NCBI GenBank assembly: GCA_947632365.1
Contig: CANROZ010000001.1
Span: 1 to 61,260, forward strand
Source of the DNA: an uncultured Oscillospiraceae bacterium
GTDB lineage: Bacteria > Bacillota > Clostridia > Oscillospirales > Oscillospiraceae
Direction of reading: 5' to 3'
Length of the DNA: 61,260 bases
Shown here: positions 34,757-43,743 of the stretch, piece after piece
Layout of the letters: each line of letters begins with the position of its first letter
How positions within the stretch are numbered: the first letter of the stretch is position 1
Translations under genes and position numbers: made by a program
The notes under the pieces: model-generated
Told to the model about the DNA's origin: nothing
What the model saw: only the letters and a program-made list of their open reading frames with translations
Database searches by the model: none

Positions 34757-35779
34757 TCACACCTCCAGGCTTTCCACATAGGCCGCCAGAAGCTCTACGA
34801 TGGCGTCCATATCGTCCCGGCAGACCACCTCCACCGGGGTGTGCATATACTTCAGCGGCAGAGAGATCAGCGCCGTGGCCACGCCCTCCCGGGCGATCTG
34901 GATGGCATGGGCGTTGGTGCCGCTGTTGCCCCCCGGCTCGGCCTTATATTGATAGGGTATCCCCTTCTTCTCCGCCAGGGCAAAAAGCTCCTTAGTCAGG
35001 GCGCGGTTGGTGTTTGGGCCGATGCCGATGGCGGCGCCCTTGCCGCAGGAGCAGACCACCTCCGGCCCGTCCGGCGTCTTGCCGTGGGTCACGTCCACCA
35101 CCAGCGCCGCGTCCGGCTGCAGGGCCCAGGCGGCTACGGCGGCGCCCCGATGGCCCACCTCCTCCTGGGTGCTCACTAGGCAGCACACATCCGCGTTCAG
35201 CGCCTCGCCGCAGAGCCGCTCGAAGGCCTTGATGATGATGGCCGCGCAGGCCCGGTCGTCCAGGGCCTTGCCGCAGATCTGACGGGAGCCCAGCTCCTCG
35301 CAGGAGCTGACGAACACCACAGGCGTCCCCGGCGGGCAGTGCTTTTGCGCCTGCTCCTGGCTGAGGCCCACGTCGATATACAGCTTGTCCGCTTCGATGG
35401 CCTTGCCCTTCTCCTCCTCCGTGAGCACATGGGGTGGCATAGTGTCGATCACGCCGAACAGCGGCGGATCGGCCAGCACCCGCACCTCCCGTGCCGGGAG
35501 CATCCGCTGATCCACGCCCCCCAGCATGCCGAAGGACAGAAAGCCGTCCCGGGCTCCGGTGACCACGAATCCGATCTCGTCCATATGGGCGTCCAGCAGC
35601 ACCAGCTTGGCGCCGGGCTTGCCGCAGCGCTTGAGGGCGATGCAGTTGCCCATCACGTCGGTGCGCACCTCGTCCGCCACAGGGCGCAGATATTCCATGA
35701 GCCAGTCGCACACGGGCTCCTCAAATCCGGAGGGGCCCGGTAGACCGGACAGACGCTTTGTCAGCTCCACAAGTTCCAT
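34757..35779 (-). CDS. M42 family metallopeptidase (paralogue)
   Basis: GPSGFEEPV, AHMDEIGFVV, STQEEVGHRGA. Start refined to ATG 35779. Confidence 0.9.
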   Translation of the reverse strand: MELVELTKRLSGLPGPSGFEEPVCDWLMEYLRPVADEVRTDVMGNCIALKRCGKPGAKLVLLDAHMDEIGFVVTGARDGFLSFGMLGGVDQRMLPAREVRVLADPPLFGVIDTMPPHVLTEEEKGKAIEADKLYIDVGLSQEQAQKHCPPGTPVVFVSSCEELGSRQICGKALDDRACAAIIIKAFERLCGEALNADVCCLVSTQEEVGHRGAAVAAWALQPDAALVVDVTHGKTPDGPEVVCSCGKGAAIGIGPNTNRALTKELFALAEKKGIPYQYKAEPGGNSGTNAHAIQIAREGVATALISLPLKYMHTPVEVVCRDDMDAIVELLAAYVESLEV

Positions 35780-35783
35780 GCTC

Positions 35784-37169
35784 TCACTCCATTTCCCCAA
35801 CGATCTTTTTGAATAGGTTGCCCCGTTCCTCGAAATTCTTGAATCGGTCAAAGGATGTGCTGGCCGGGCTCATGAGCACCGTATCCCCCGGCTGGGCCGC
35901 CGCGGCGGCCGCCAAAACGGTCTCGGTGAAGTCCTCCATCACCGTGATCTCCGGTGACCCGGGGCGATACTGAGGCGCGGCCTTGACGGCGGCCTCGATC
36001 TTTCCGGCGGTCAGGCCCGTGAGAAAGAGCTTTTTCACATGCGCACAGACGGCCGGGCCCAGGCTGTCAAAGGGCACGCCCTTGTCCTTCCCTCCGGCGA
36101 TGAGGATGATCTTGTCTTTGAAGCAGGCCAGGCCCGCCAGCGTCCGGTCCGGACTGGAGGCGATGGAGTCGTTGATATAGGTCACGCCCCGGAGTACCCG
36201 CACAGTCTCCAGCCGATGGGCCACGCCCGTGAAGGAGCGGGCCACGTCCCGCATGACGTCCAGGCTCACCAGCCCCCACACGGCGGCAAAGGCGGTCATC
36301 ATGTTCTCTACGTTGTGCATGCCCGGCACCTTCAGCTCCGCGGCGGGCAGAAGCTCCGTGGTCTGCCCCTCCACACAGGCGCAGATCATGCCGTCCGGCC
36401 GCAGGTATACCCCCGGGGAGACGATTTCTCGGCGGCTGAACCACCAGATAAAGCTGTTGGCCTCGGCGGCGCAGGCGGCGGTGACAGCGTTGTCCCGATT
36501 CAGCACCAGCCGGGCGTTCTGCCGCTGGTGGAGGAATATCTGCTTTTTCGCGTCGATGTAGTCCTGATAGTCCCGGTGGATGTCCAGATGGTTGGGGGCC
36601 ATGTTGGTGATGACAGCCACATCCGGCGCACAGTTCATGCTGTGCAGCTGAAAGGAGCTCAGCTCCAGCACCGCCGCATCGGCGGGACCGATCTTATCCA
36701 CGTCCGCCAGAAGAGGATGGCCGATGTTGCCCCCCAGCCACACGGTACGCCCGGCGGCCTCCAGGAGCTTTGCGATGAGAGTGGTGGTGGTGGTCTTGCC
36801 GTCGGAGCCCGTCACCGCCAGGATCGGGCAGGGACAGAGCTTGAAAAAGACCTCCATCTCGCTGGTGACGACAGCGCCTTTCTCCACCGCTCCGGCCAGC
36901 TCCGGCCGGGTGGGCAAAAAGCTGGGGCTGCGAAAGATCACGTCCCCGGCCAGGTCCTTTAAATAGTCCTCGCCCAGGCAAAACTTCACGCCCCGAGCGC
37001 TGTATATCTCATAAAAGTCGCCCAGGGCTTCCGGCCCGGAGCGGTCGTATACGGTGGTATCCACCCCGGCGTCCGCCAACAGCTTCACCAGCGGGCGGTT
37101 GGAAAGCCCCGCGCCGATGACGGCGGCGCGCTTTCCCTTCAGGGAGGCAAGGTATTCCTGCAATGTCAA
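35784..37169 (-). CDS. murD: UDP-N-acetylmuramoylalanine--D-glutamate ligase
   Basis: AVIGAGLSN and VTGSDGKTTTTTL. The start is probably TTG 37169, 8 nt after GGAGG; track start 37184 is also a TTG. Confidence 0.93.
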   Translation of the reverse strand: MTLQEYLASLKGKRAAVIGAGLSNRPLVKLLADAGVDTTVYDRSGPEALGDFYEIYSARGVKFCLGEDYLKDLAGDVIFRSPSFLPTRPELAGAVEKGAVVTSEMEVFFKLCPCPILAVTGSDGKTTTTTLIAKLLEAAGRTVWLGGNIGHPLLADVDKIGPADAAVLELSSFQLHSMNCAPDVAVITNMAPNHLDIHRDYQDYIDAKKQIFLHQRQNARLVLNRDNAVTAACAAEANSFIWWFSRREIVSPGVYLRPDGMICACVEGQTTELLPAAELKVPGMHNVENMMTAFAAVWGLVSLDVMRDVARSFTGVAHRLETVRVLRGVTYINDSIASSPDRTLAGLACFKDKIILIAGGKDKGVPFDSLGPAVCAHVKKLFLTGLTAGKIEAAVKAAPQYRPGSPEITVMEDFTETVLAAAAAAQPGDTVLMSPASTSFDRFKNFEERGNLFKKIVGEME

Positions 37170-37192
37170 GGCATGCACCTCCAAACACGGCC

Positions 37193-37221
37193 ATTATAAT
37201 ACAGCATCCCATCGTTTACAA
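37193..37221 (-). promoter_or_regulatory. sigma-A type promoter of murD
   Basis: Minus strand reads TTGTAA, 17-nt spacer, TATAAT. Confidence 0.5.
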
Positions 37222-37246
37222 GCAACGAATCACTACAACAATATGC

Positions 37247-37278
37247 AAAAAGAGACAGGTCAGTTCCTGTCTCTTTTT
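37247..37278. terminator. bidirectional intrinsic terminator (ends rnpB)
   Basis: AAAAAGAGACAGG-TCAGTT-CCTGTCTCTTTTT. Confidence 0.85.
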
Positions 37279-37285
37279 GATGAAT

Positions 37286-37625
37286 GAGTCTCCCTGTAAG
37301 CCGGATTCTGTTCAAAATGGCCATCTATCTAGGCGCTGCGTTGCCGCCGCGCTCCAGCCACCTCCCCGGGGAGATCGGGCCGATCCTGTTCCCCTCCACG
37401 GTGTTGCTCCGGATAGAGTTTACAGCGGCGGTCTGTCGCCAGGCTGCCGGGCGGTCTCTTACACCGCCTTTCCACCCTTACCGCGCCAGGCGCGGCGGTC
37501 TATTTCTGTTGCACTCGTCCTGATGTCGCCATCGGCGGGCGTTACCCGTTATCCTTGCCCTATGGAGCCCGGACTTTCCTCACGCACAGCCTTTCGGCTC
37601 GTGCCCGCGGCCATTCAGAAAACTC
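37286..37625 (-). ncRNA. rnpB: RNase P RNA, bacterial type A
   Basis: Reverse complement contains GAGGAAAGUCCGGGCUCCAUAGGGCA, GGGUAACGCC, AGUGCAACAGAAA, GGUAAGGGUGGAAAGG, GUAAACUCUAUCCGGAGCAA and ACAGAAUCCGGCUUAC. P1/P2 end pairing is present. Confidence 0.93.
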
Positions 37626-37653
37626 ATGTCAAAGCGTATTTGACGGTCAGCGC

Positions 37654-38394
37654 TCAGTCGTCCGTGTTCTCCCAGTTGTGCCAGACGTTCTGCACGTCGT
37701 CGTTGTCCTCGAACACGTCCAGCATCTTCTGCATGTTCTTCCGGTCGCCCTCAGCGGTGAGGGTCACATAGGTCTGGGGGACCATCTCCTCCTGGGCGGA
37801 GTCCAGCTTATAGCCGTGGGCGGTCATATACTCCGCCACGGCGGTCACGTCCTCCGGCGCGGTATAGAGGGTGAACACGCCCTCCTCCGTCTCCATATCG
37901 GCGGCGCCGGCCTCCATGGCGTCCATGAGCACGGTATCCTCGTCCAGGTCGCCGTCCTCGTTGTCCACCACGATCACGCCCTTGCGGTCGAAGGACCAGC
38001 TGACGCAGTTGGTGGGGCCCAGGTTGCCGTTATATTTATCGAAGCAGTGCCGGATGTCGCTGGCTGTGCGGTTGCGGTTGTCTGTCATGGCTTCCACGAT
38101 CACCGCCACGCCGCTGGGGCCGTAGCCCTCGTAGGTGACGGACTCGAAGTTGGAGGTGTCGCCGCTGCCCAGCGCCTTTTCGATGGTGCGCTTGATGTTG
38201 TCGTTGGGCATGTTGGCGGCCTTGGCCTTGGTGATGACGGCGGCGAGGCGCATATTGTTCTTCGGGTCGCCGCTGCCGCCTTCCTTCACGGCCACGATCA
38301 TCTCCCGGGCGATCTTGGTGAAGGCCTGGGCCCGCTTGGCGTCAGCCGCGCCTTTGGTTTTTTGTATGTTGTGCCACTTGGAATGTCCTGACAT
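37654..38394 (-). CDS. yebC: YebC/PmpR family DNA-binding transcriptional regulator
   Basis: MSGHSKWHNIQKTKGAADAKRAQAFTK... Confidence 0.95.
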   Translation of the reverse strand: MSGHSKWHNIQKTKGAADAKRAQAFTKIAREMIVAVKEGGSGDPKNNMRLAAVITKAKAANMPNDNIKRTIEKALGSGDTSNFESVTYEGYGPSGVAVIVEAMTDNRNRTASDIRHCFDKYNGNLGPTNCVSWSFDRKGVIVVDNEDGDLDEDTVLMDAMEAGAADMETEEGVFTLYTAPEDVTAVAEYMTAHGYKLDSAQEEMVPQTYVTLTAEGDRKNMQKMLDVFEDNDDVQNVWHNWENTDD

Positions 38395-38430
38395 AGTCGT
38401 CGTTCCCCCTGTATCAATACGTTACAGGTC

Positions 38431-38459
38431 ATTGTAGCACAATTTTTCCGTAATATCAA
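38431..38459 (-). promoter_or_regulatory. extended -10 sigma-A promoter of yebC
   Basis: Minus strand reads TTGATA, 17-nt spacer, TGcTACAAT. SD AGGGGGAA lies downstream. Confidence 0.55.
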
Positions 38460-38462
38460 TAA

Positions 38463-39962
38463 CTATCTGGCCTTTGGGATGAGCAGCAGCCCGCAGGTCC
38501 TGTCGCCGTTGGCGGCGGTGATGGCCTCCACGGTGGAGCGGTATTTCTTTGCCACAGCCCACAGGTCTTCCCCCGGCTCCAGCCGCACCATGGCCAGGGA
38601 CGGAGCCGGAGACAGCGCTTCCCAGGCCTGGGCATCCTCCACGATGCCGCTGACGGCCGAGATGGTCCGCGACCTGACGGCGGAGGCCTCCATCTGCAGC
38701 ACGGCGCGTACGTCCAGCCCGCCGCCTGTGACCGCACAGTACACGTCCGCCACGGTGACGGATACGTTTTGCAGCGCCGTTCCTGCGGCGGCGTCGGTGG
38801 TAAATTCCGCCGCCAGGCGGCACCGTGCCGCAGAAAATCCCCCGTCCTCCTGGCGGAGGATGGCACGGACGTTCACGATGGTCTTCACCGTCTCCCCATC
38901 CACCGTGAGGCTGCCAACGGACGCCGATACGCTGAGTGGCTCCCCCGCCGTGCCCATCAGCTCCGCCGCGCCCGTCACGGTCTGGCGCATGAATATGCTC
39001 TGGGCCGAGCTCACCACGGGTACAGCCTCCTCCTGTCCGGTCAGCACGGTGCGGTTGCTGTATAGGTCGGCGATGTAGGTCATCTCCCGTGTCTCCCGGC
39101 ACACCGTCTGAGCCACCAGGTGTATCTCGGCCCGGACGCGGCCGTCCTCCTGACGGTCCGGCAGGTCGAAATAGGCGCCCGTGAGCATGAGCGTTACAGC
39201 GCCCGTCACATCGGCGGCCTGGGTGTCCACCTCCATGATCTGGGAATATTCCGTCTCATAGCGGCTCGCCGTGATCTGTCCCTCCGGGCCGCCATAGATG
39301 AGCGCGGCCCGGACGCGGCCCCGGAACACTAGCTTGCCGCTGACGTATTTCACGTCCTCCACCGAGGCGTCCACCCGCTGGGACAGGATGCGCTCCACCC
39401 GCTCGCAGCCCGCCGGGAGCTGGTATTCATCTGTGACCACGAAGGTCTTTTCCCGCACGTCGGAAACCACTGTCATGGGTGCGGATCGGGTCAGGATGTG
39501 CACGGCCCCGGACTCGTCCGCCAGGCCCGACGCGATCTCCAGGCTACGCTTCTGGTATACTGCCGCCTCACAGTCCACATCCGCCCGGACGGACAGCTTC
39601 CGGGAGTTGACCATGCGAGCGTCGATGGCCCGTATCCGCGCTCTGGCCACAGTCTGGCAGTCCAGGTCCGCCCCGGGCGCGTCGGCGCGAAGCTCCGCAG
39701 GGATCACCACGCTCAGGCTCTCCATGGCGCCGCCGTCTTCCGGCATGTACATCACCGACACGCTCAGAGAGACGGCGAGCACCACCGCCCCCGTCTCCGT
39801 CTCCTTGCTGCGCAGGGTGAGCACGCCCTCGGCGTCCACCACTGACGCCGCGTCCGGCATGGTGTCGGGCACGATGCTCTCCGCCGTCAGGTCGCGGCTG
39901 AACGACCCCGTCCACACAGGGGCCATATGTTCGTATATATCCTTCTTCAGGGTCATGTCCAT
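38463..39962 (-). CDS. DUF3794-like protein with a C-terminal LysM domain (spore coat/cortex-associated candidate)
   Basis: 499 aa. The C-terminus VRLEPGEDLWAVAKKYRSTVEAITAANG is LysM-like. The N-terminal family assignment is recognition-based only. Confidence 0.7.
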   Translation of the reverse strand: MDMTLKKDIYEHMAPVWTGSFSRDLTAESIVPDTMPDAASVVDAEGVLTLRSKETETGAVVLAVSLSVSVMYMPEDGGAMESLSVVIPAELRADAPGADLDCQTVARARIRAIDARMVNSRKLSVRADVDCEAAVYQKRSLEIASGLADESGAVHILTRSAPMTVVSDVREKTFVVTDEYQLPAGCERVERILSQRVDASVEDVKYVSGKLVFRGRVRAALIYGGPEGQITASRYETEYSQIMEVDTQAADVTGAVTLMLTGAYFDLPDRQEDGRVRAEIHLVAQTVCRETREMTYIADLYSNRTVLTGQEEAVPVVSSAQSIFMRQTVTGAAELMGTAGEPLSVSASVGSLTVDGETVKTIVNVRAILRQEDGGFSAARCRLAAEFTTDAAAGTALQNVSVTVADVYCAVTGGGLDVRAVLQMEASAVRSRTISAVSGIVEDAQAWEALSPAPSLAMVRLEPGEDLWAVAKKYRSTVEAITAANGDRTCGLLLIPKAR

Positions 39963-39973
39963 AGAGTCGTCGC

Positions 39974-39999
39974 TCCTTGCAAAATTTTCTATGCAAGGA
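39974..39999 (-). promoter_or_regulatory. hairpin sequestering the SD of the LysM protein gene
   Basis: Minus strand reads TCCTTGCA-TAGAAAATTT-TGCAAGGA. The 3' arm holds AAGGAG, 11 nt before the ATG. Confidence 0.35.
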
Positions 40000-40025
40000 T
40001 ATGTCCTGCCCCGGCGGGATATACC

Positions 40026-40181
40026 TCAAAACCACAGCAGGCGGCAGCCTCCGTATATCAAAAGCCCCGCGCACAGAAGCCACCAGAACCACGCGGGCAT
40101 GAGCAGTACGATGAAGATGCACACGCCCATCCCGATGGCCGCGTAGCCGCAAAAGCAGCCCCTTCCCGGTCGTCTCCGCAT
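40026..40181 (-). CDS. candidate 51-aa membrane peptide (below the ORF-track cutoff)
   Basis: MRRRPGRGCFCGYAAIGMGVCIFIVLLMPAWFWWLLCAGLLIYGGCRLLWF: basic N-terminus, two hydrophobic segments. SD GGGAGG lies upstream, inside a hairpin. Confidence 0.4.
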   Translation of the reverse strand: MRRRPGRGCFCGYAAIGMGVCIFIVLLMPAWFWWLLCAGLLIYGGCRLLWF

Positions 40182-40220
40182 AAAAACCGCCTCCCGTCCA
40201 TTCTATGGGCGAGAGGCGGT
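40182..40220 (-). terminator. terminator-like hairpin after rsgA
   Basis: Minus strand reads ACCGCCTC, a 19-nt loop, GAGGCGGT, then TTTT immediately followed by an ATG. Confidence 0.55.
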
Positions 40221-40231
40221 CACGGTTCCGT

Positions 40232-41116
40232 TCAGTTTTCCAGCTCCCAGCGGTCGAGCTTTCGCGCCTCGTCGTAAAGACGCAGGTAGGAGCTATAGCG
40301 GCTGGGATGGACCTTGCCGCTCTCCACAGCGGCCCGCAGGGCGCAGCCCGGCTCCTTCCGGTGGGTACAGTCATCAAAACGGCACGCGCCGATGTAAGGG
40401 GCAAATTCCGGGAACAGTCCGGCCAGCTCCTCCGGCAGGATGGGCGTCTCGTTCTCGTCCCCAAAGGAGGCAAAGCCCGGCGTATCACCCAAGAGGGTGC
40501 CGCTGCCCACGTCAAAGAGCTCCACATGCCGTGTGGTGTGGCGGCCACGGCCCAGCTTCTGGCTCACCTCCCCCGTGGGGATGGCCAGGTCCGGGGCCAG
40601 GGTGTTGATGAGGCTGCTCTTGCCCACGCCGGAATTTCCCGTGAAGCAGCATATCTTTCCCGCGATGGCCTGACGCAGCGCCTGAACGCCCTGCCCGGTC
40701 TTGGCGCTGACCGGATACAGCGCGTACCCGGAGCGGGCGTATATCCGCCACAGCTCCTCCCCCGGGTCCAGATCACATTTGTTCAGGACCAGCAGCACGC
40801 CGCAGTGATTTTTCTCACAGCGGACGGTGATGCGGTCCACCAGGTAAGGGTCCGTCACAGGCAGCGCGGCGGATAGGAGCATCACCAGATAGTCCACGTT
40901 GGCCACCGCCGGGCGGTTAAAGGCGTTTTTGCGGGGAAGAAGCTGGCATATGGTCCCGTCGCTGCCGTCCCGGGCGATGACTACCCGGTCCCCCACCAGG
41001 GGGGTGAGGCCATCCTTGCGGAATCGGCCCCGGGCCCGGCATCGGATGAGCTCCCCTTCTGAGCGGACAAAGTAAAACCCGCTCAGAGCGCTCATGATGG
41101 TACCTTCTTTTTCCAA
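40232..41116 (-). CDS. rsgA: ribosome small-subunit-dependent GTPase A
   Basis: Circularly permuted GTPase (NKCD, GNSGVGKSSL) with a C-terminal Zn motif (C..C.H...C). Confidence 0.95.
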   Translation of the reverse strand: MEKEGTIMSALSGFYFVRSEGELIRCRARGRFRKDGLTPLVGDRVVIARDGSDGTICQLLPRKNAFNRPAVANVDYLVMLLSAALPVTDPYLVDRITVRCEKNHCGVLLVLNKCDLDPGEELWRIYARSGYALYPVSAKTGQGVQALRQAIAGKICCFTGNSGVGKSSLINTLAPDLAIPTGEVSQKLGRGRHTTRHVELFDVGSGTLLGDTPGFASFGDENETPILPEELAGLFPEFAPYIGACRFDDCTHRKEPGCALRAAVESGKVHPSRYSSYLRLYDEARKLDRWELEN

Positions 41117-41128
41117 AGGCGCTCTGCC

Positions 41129-42997
41129 TCAGTTGGCGGCGGGAGGCGGCGCGCTGGTGATCGTCGCCTGGATGGGCTGATCCTCGACCTCCGCCGCGAT
41201 CGGGCCGCTGCCGATGGTCAGATACACCCGGGTGCCGCCCACCACTTCCGTTCCGGCGGCATAGTTCTGATAGGTCACCCGTCCGGTATCCTCCACCGCA
41301 GAGCTGACGTAGGTGATCTCCTCCTCGGTGCAGATCAGGCCCTCCCGCTGCAGCGCCAGCAGCGCGGACGCCTTCGTCTGGCCCAACAGATCGGGCACGG
41401 TGGAATAGGTGACCCGGGGCCCGGCGCTGACATAGATGGTGACGGTGCTGCCGCTGACTACGGCCTCGCCGGGGGCGGGGTCAGTGGAGATGACATAGTT
41501 GGCCGTGATGGAATCGGACTGTTGCTGGGCGATGATGACATTCATGCCCATAGAAGTGAGGCGCACCTGCGCATCGGTGAAGGGGCTGTTCACCAGGTCC
41601 AGAGGCAGCCGGATGAGCTGCAGACCGGAGCTGACGGTGAGGGTCACCTCGATGCCGTCGCTGGCCACCATCCGGCTGGAGCCGGAGGCAGGGTCCTGAT
41701 CCATGATGACGCCCATATGGTAGGTGGGGTCAGACTGGTAGATGACCTTGAATTTAAAGAGCTCGGTCATGGCCTCGTTAGAGGTGATATCGTCCACGTC
41801 ATAGCCCACGAAGGCCGGTATCTCCACCCGCTCGGCGTCGCGGAAGATATCGTCCAGCCAATAGTTCCACACAAAGACGAACAGCCCCAGCGCAAACAGC
41901 GTGACAAGGCTGAAGCCCAGCAGCGTGCTGATGGCGTTGGCACGGCTTCGGCGGCGGACATACCCCTCTCGGGAGAGCTCGCCGGAGCGGCTGATGCGGG
42001 GCACGTTCTTGCGGACGATATGCACCTCGTCCTTCACGATACGCACGGGCACCTTTCCCGGCCCGGGCACAGGCATGGCGGGGGCTGCCTCCTCCAGAGA
42101 CTCGTCGTTCTCCTCCAGGAGCAGCTCCTCCTCCGCGGCCTGTTCCTCTTCCGCGGTCTGGGTCAGGCTCTGCTGGAAATCCTCCAGGTCGGAGAGCATC
42201 TCGTCCGCCGTTGCATAGCGGTCGTCCAGCTCCGGCTCCATGGCGCGCAGGGTGATGCCCTCCAGCTCCGGCGGGATGCTGGGGTCCAGCTGGCAGGGCG
42301 CGTCGGGGATCACGGAATAGTGCTGTACCGCTACCTGCTCCACGGTCTCCCCGTCAAAGGGCAGCTTGCCCGTGAGCATCTCGTACATGACGACGCCCAG
42401 CGAGTAGATATCGGAACGGGCGTCCACCGCCTCACCGCGGGCCTGCTCCGGAGAGATATAGTGGATGCTGCCCACCGCCTCGTCAGCGGACTCCTCGTCG
42501 CTGTTCTCCTCCATCTGGGCGATGCCGAAATCAGCGATTTTGACCGACCCATCCTTGGGCAGCATGATGTTCTGGGGCTTGATATCCAGATGGATGATGC
42601 CCCGGCTGTGGGCGTGGCTCAGCGCGCGGGTGATCTGGATAGAAAAGTCCAGCACCTGCTCCCAGGGCAGCGCCCCTGCCTTTTTCAGATACTGCTTGAG
42701 GTTGACGCCATCCACGTACTCCATGACGATATACTCCGTATCGCCGGACGCCACCACGTCGTACACGGCGCGGATGTTGGGATGGCTCAGCTTGGCAACG
42801 GCCTCATATTCGTTGCGGAACTGCTTGCGGCTCTCCGCGTCCATGGCCACGTCGTCCCGCAGGACCTTCAGGGCCACATCCCGCATGAGCCGCTGATCGT
42901 AGGCTTTATACACCACGGCCATGCCGCCGATGCCTACCACAGATTCGATCTTGTACCGATCGTCCAAAACCTTACCGAGACGCCAGCCGACTTCCAT
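41129..42997 (-). CDS. prkC: Ser/Thr protein kinase with PASTA repeats (PrkC/Stk1)
   Basis: Hanks kinase motifs (GIGGMAVVYKA, HLDIKPQN, DFG), a TM segment, and three PASTA-like repeats. Confidence 0.95.
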   Translation of the reverse strand: MEVGWRLGKVLDDRYKIESVVGIGGMAVVYKAYDQRLMRDVALKVLRDDVAMDAESRKQFRNEYEAVAKLSHPNIRAVYDVVASGDTEYIVMEYVDGVNLKQYLKKAGALPWEQVLDFSIQITRALSHAHSRGIIHLDIKPQNIMLPKDGSVKIADFGIAQMEENSDEESADEAVGSIHYISPEQARGEAVDARSDIYSLGVVMYEMLTGKLPFDGETVEQVAVQHYSVIPDAPCQLDPSIPPELEGITLRAMEPELDDRYATADEMLSDLEDFQQSLTQTAEEEQAAEEELLLEENDESLEEAAPAMPVPGPGKVPVRIVKDEVHIVRKNVPRISRSGELSREGYVRRRSRANAISTLLGFSLVTLFALGLFVFVWNYWLDDIFRDAERVEIPAFVGYDVDDITSNEAMTELFKFKVIYQSDPTYHMGVIMDQDPASGSSRMVASDGIEVTLTVSSGLQLIRLPLDLVNSPFTDAQVRLTSMGMNVIIAQQQSDSITANYVISTDPAPGEAVVSGSTVTIYVSAGPRVTYSTVPDLLGQTKASALLALQREGLICTEEEITYVSSAVEDTGRVTYQNYAAGTEVVGGTRVYLTIGSGPIAAEVEDQPIQATITSAPPPAAN

Positions 42998-42999
42998 AT

Positions 43000-43743
43000 T
43001 CAGGCGCCTCCTTTCTTAGGATAGATCACGACAACGGTAACGTTGTCCCTTGCGTCATTGTCCAGCGCCTCCCGGAGCAGCGTCCGGCAGGCGGCCTCTG
43101 CGTCATTCTCCGCCAGAAGCACCCGGTGCAGCTCCGCGTCCTCCAAGGCCTTCGTCAGCCCGTCAGAGCAGAGCAGAAAGACATCGCCCTCCCGGATGGG
43201 CACGGTGAACACGTCCGTGCGGACGAACCGCTCGCTGCCCACAGCCCGGGTGATGTATTTGCGCAGGGCGTGATTGCTGCGGCCCTGGGCCTGGGTAATC
43301 TCGCCCCGGTCGATCATCTCCTGGACCCGGGAGTGGTCCTTGGTGATCTGCATGATGCCGTCCTTGGCGATGCGGTAGGCCCGGCTGTCGCCCACATTGA
43401 CGATGGTGGCCGTATCCCGCTGCCAGTACCCGGCCACCAGGGTGGTGCCCATGCCGTTGAACTCCTCCGCCTGGGTGGAGAAGCGATAGACCTTGCGGTT
43501 GGCGGCATCCGTAGCCTGGCAGAGGATATCCGCACAGTCCTCCCCCTCCGCCGCCTCCAGCGCCGCCCGTGCAAAGGCCATAAAACGCCCGGCCGCCAGG
43601 TCGCTGGCCAAAAGCCCGTGGGCCTCGCCCCCCATGCCGTCGCATACCACGGCCAGGACCCCATCCCGGACGGTGCCCATACTGAAGGAGTCCTGATTTT
43701 CGGCCCGATATCGGCCCTTGTCGCTCAGTCCGAAAATGTTCAT
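43000..43743 (-). CDS. stp: PP2C-family Ser/Thr phosphatase (Stp/PrpC)
   Basis: SDKGRYRAENQDS, DGMGG and LCSDGL. Confidence 0.95.
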   Translation of the reverse strand: MNIFGLSDKGRYRAENQDSFSMGTVRDGVLAVVCDGMGGEAHGLLASDLAAGRFMAFARAALEAAEGEDCADILCQATDAANRKVYRFSTQAEEFNGMGTTLVAGYWQRDTATIVNVGDSRAYRIAKDGIMQITKDHSRVQEMIDRGEITQAQGRSNHALRKYITRAVGSERFVRTDVFTVPIREGDVFLLCSDGLTKALEDAELHRVLLAENDAEAACRTLLREALDNDARDNVTVVVIYPKKGGA

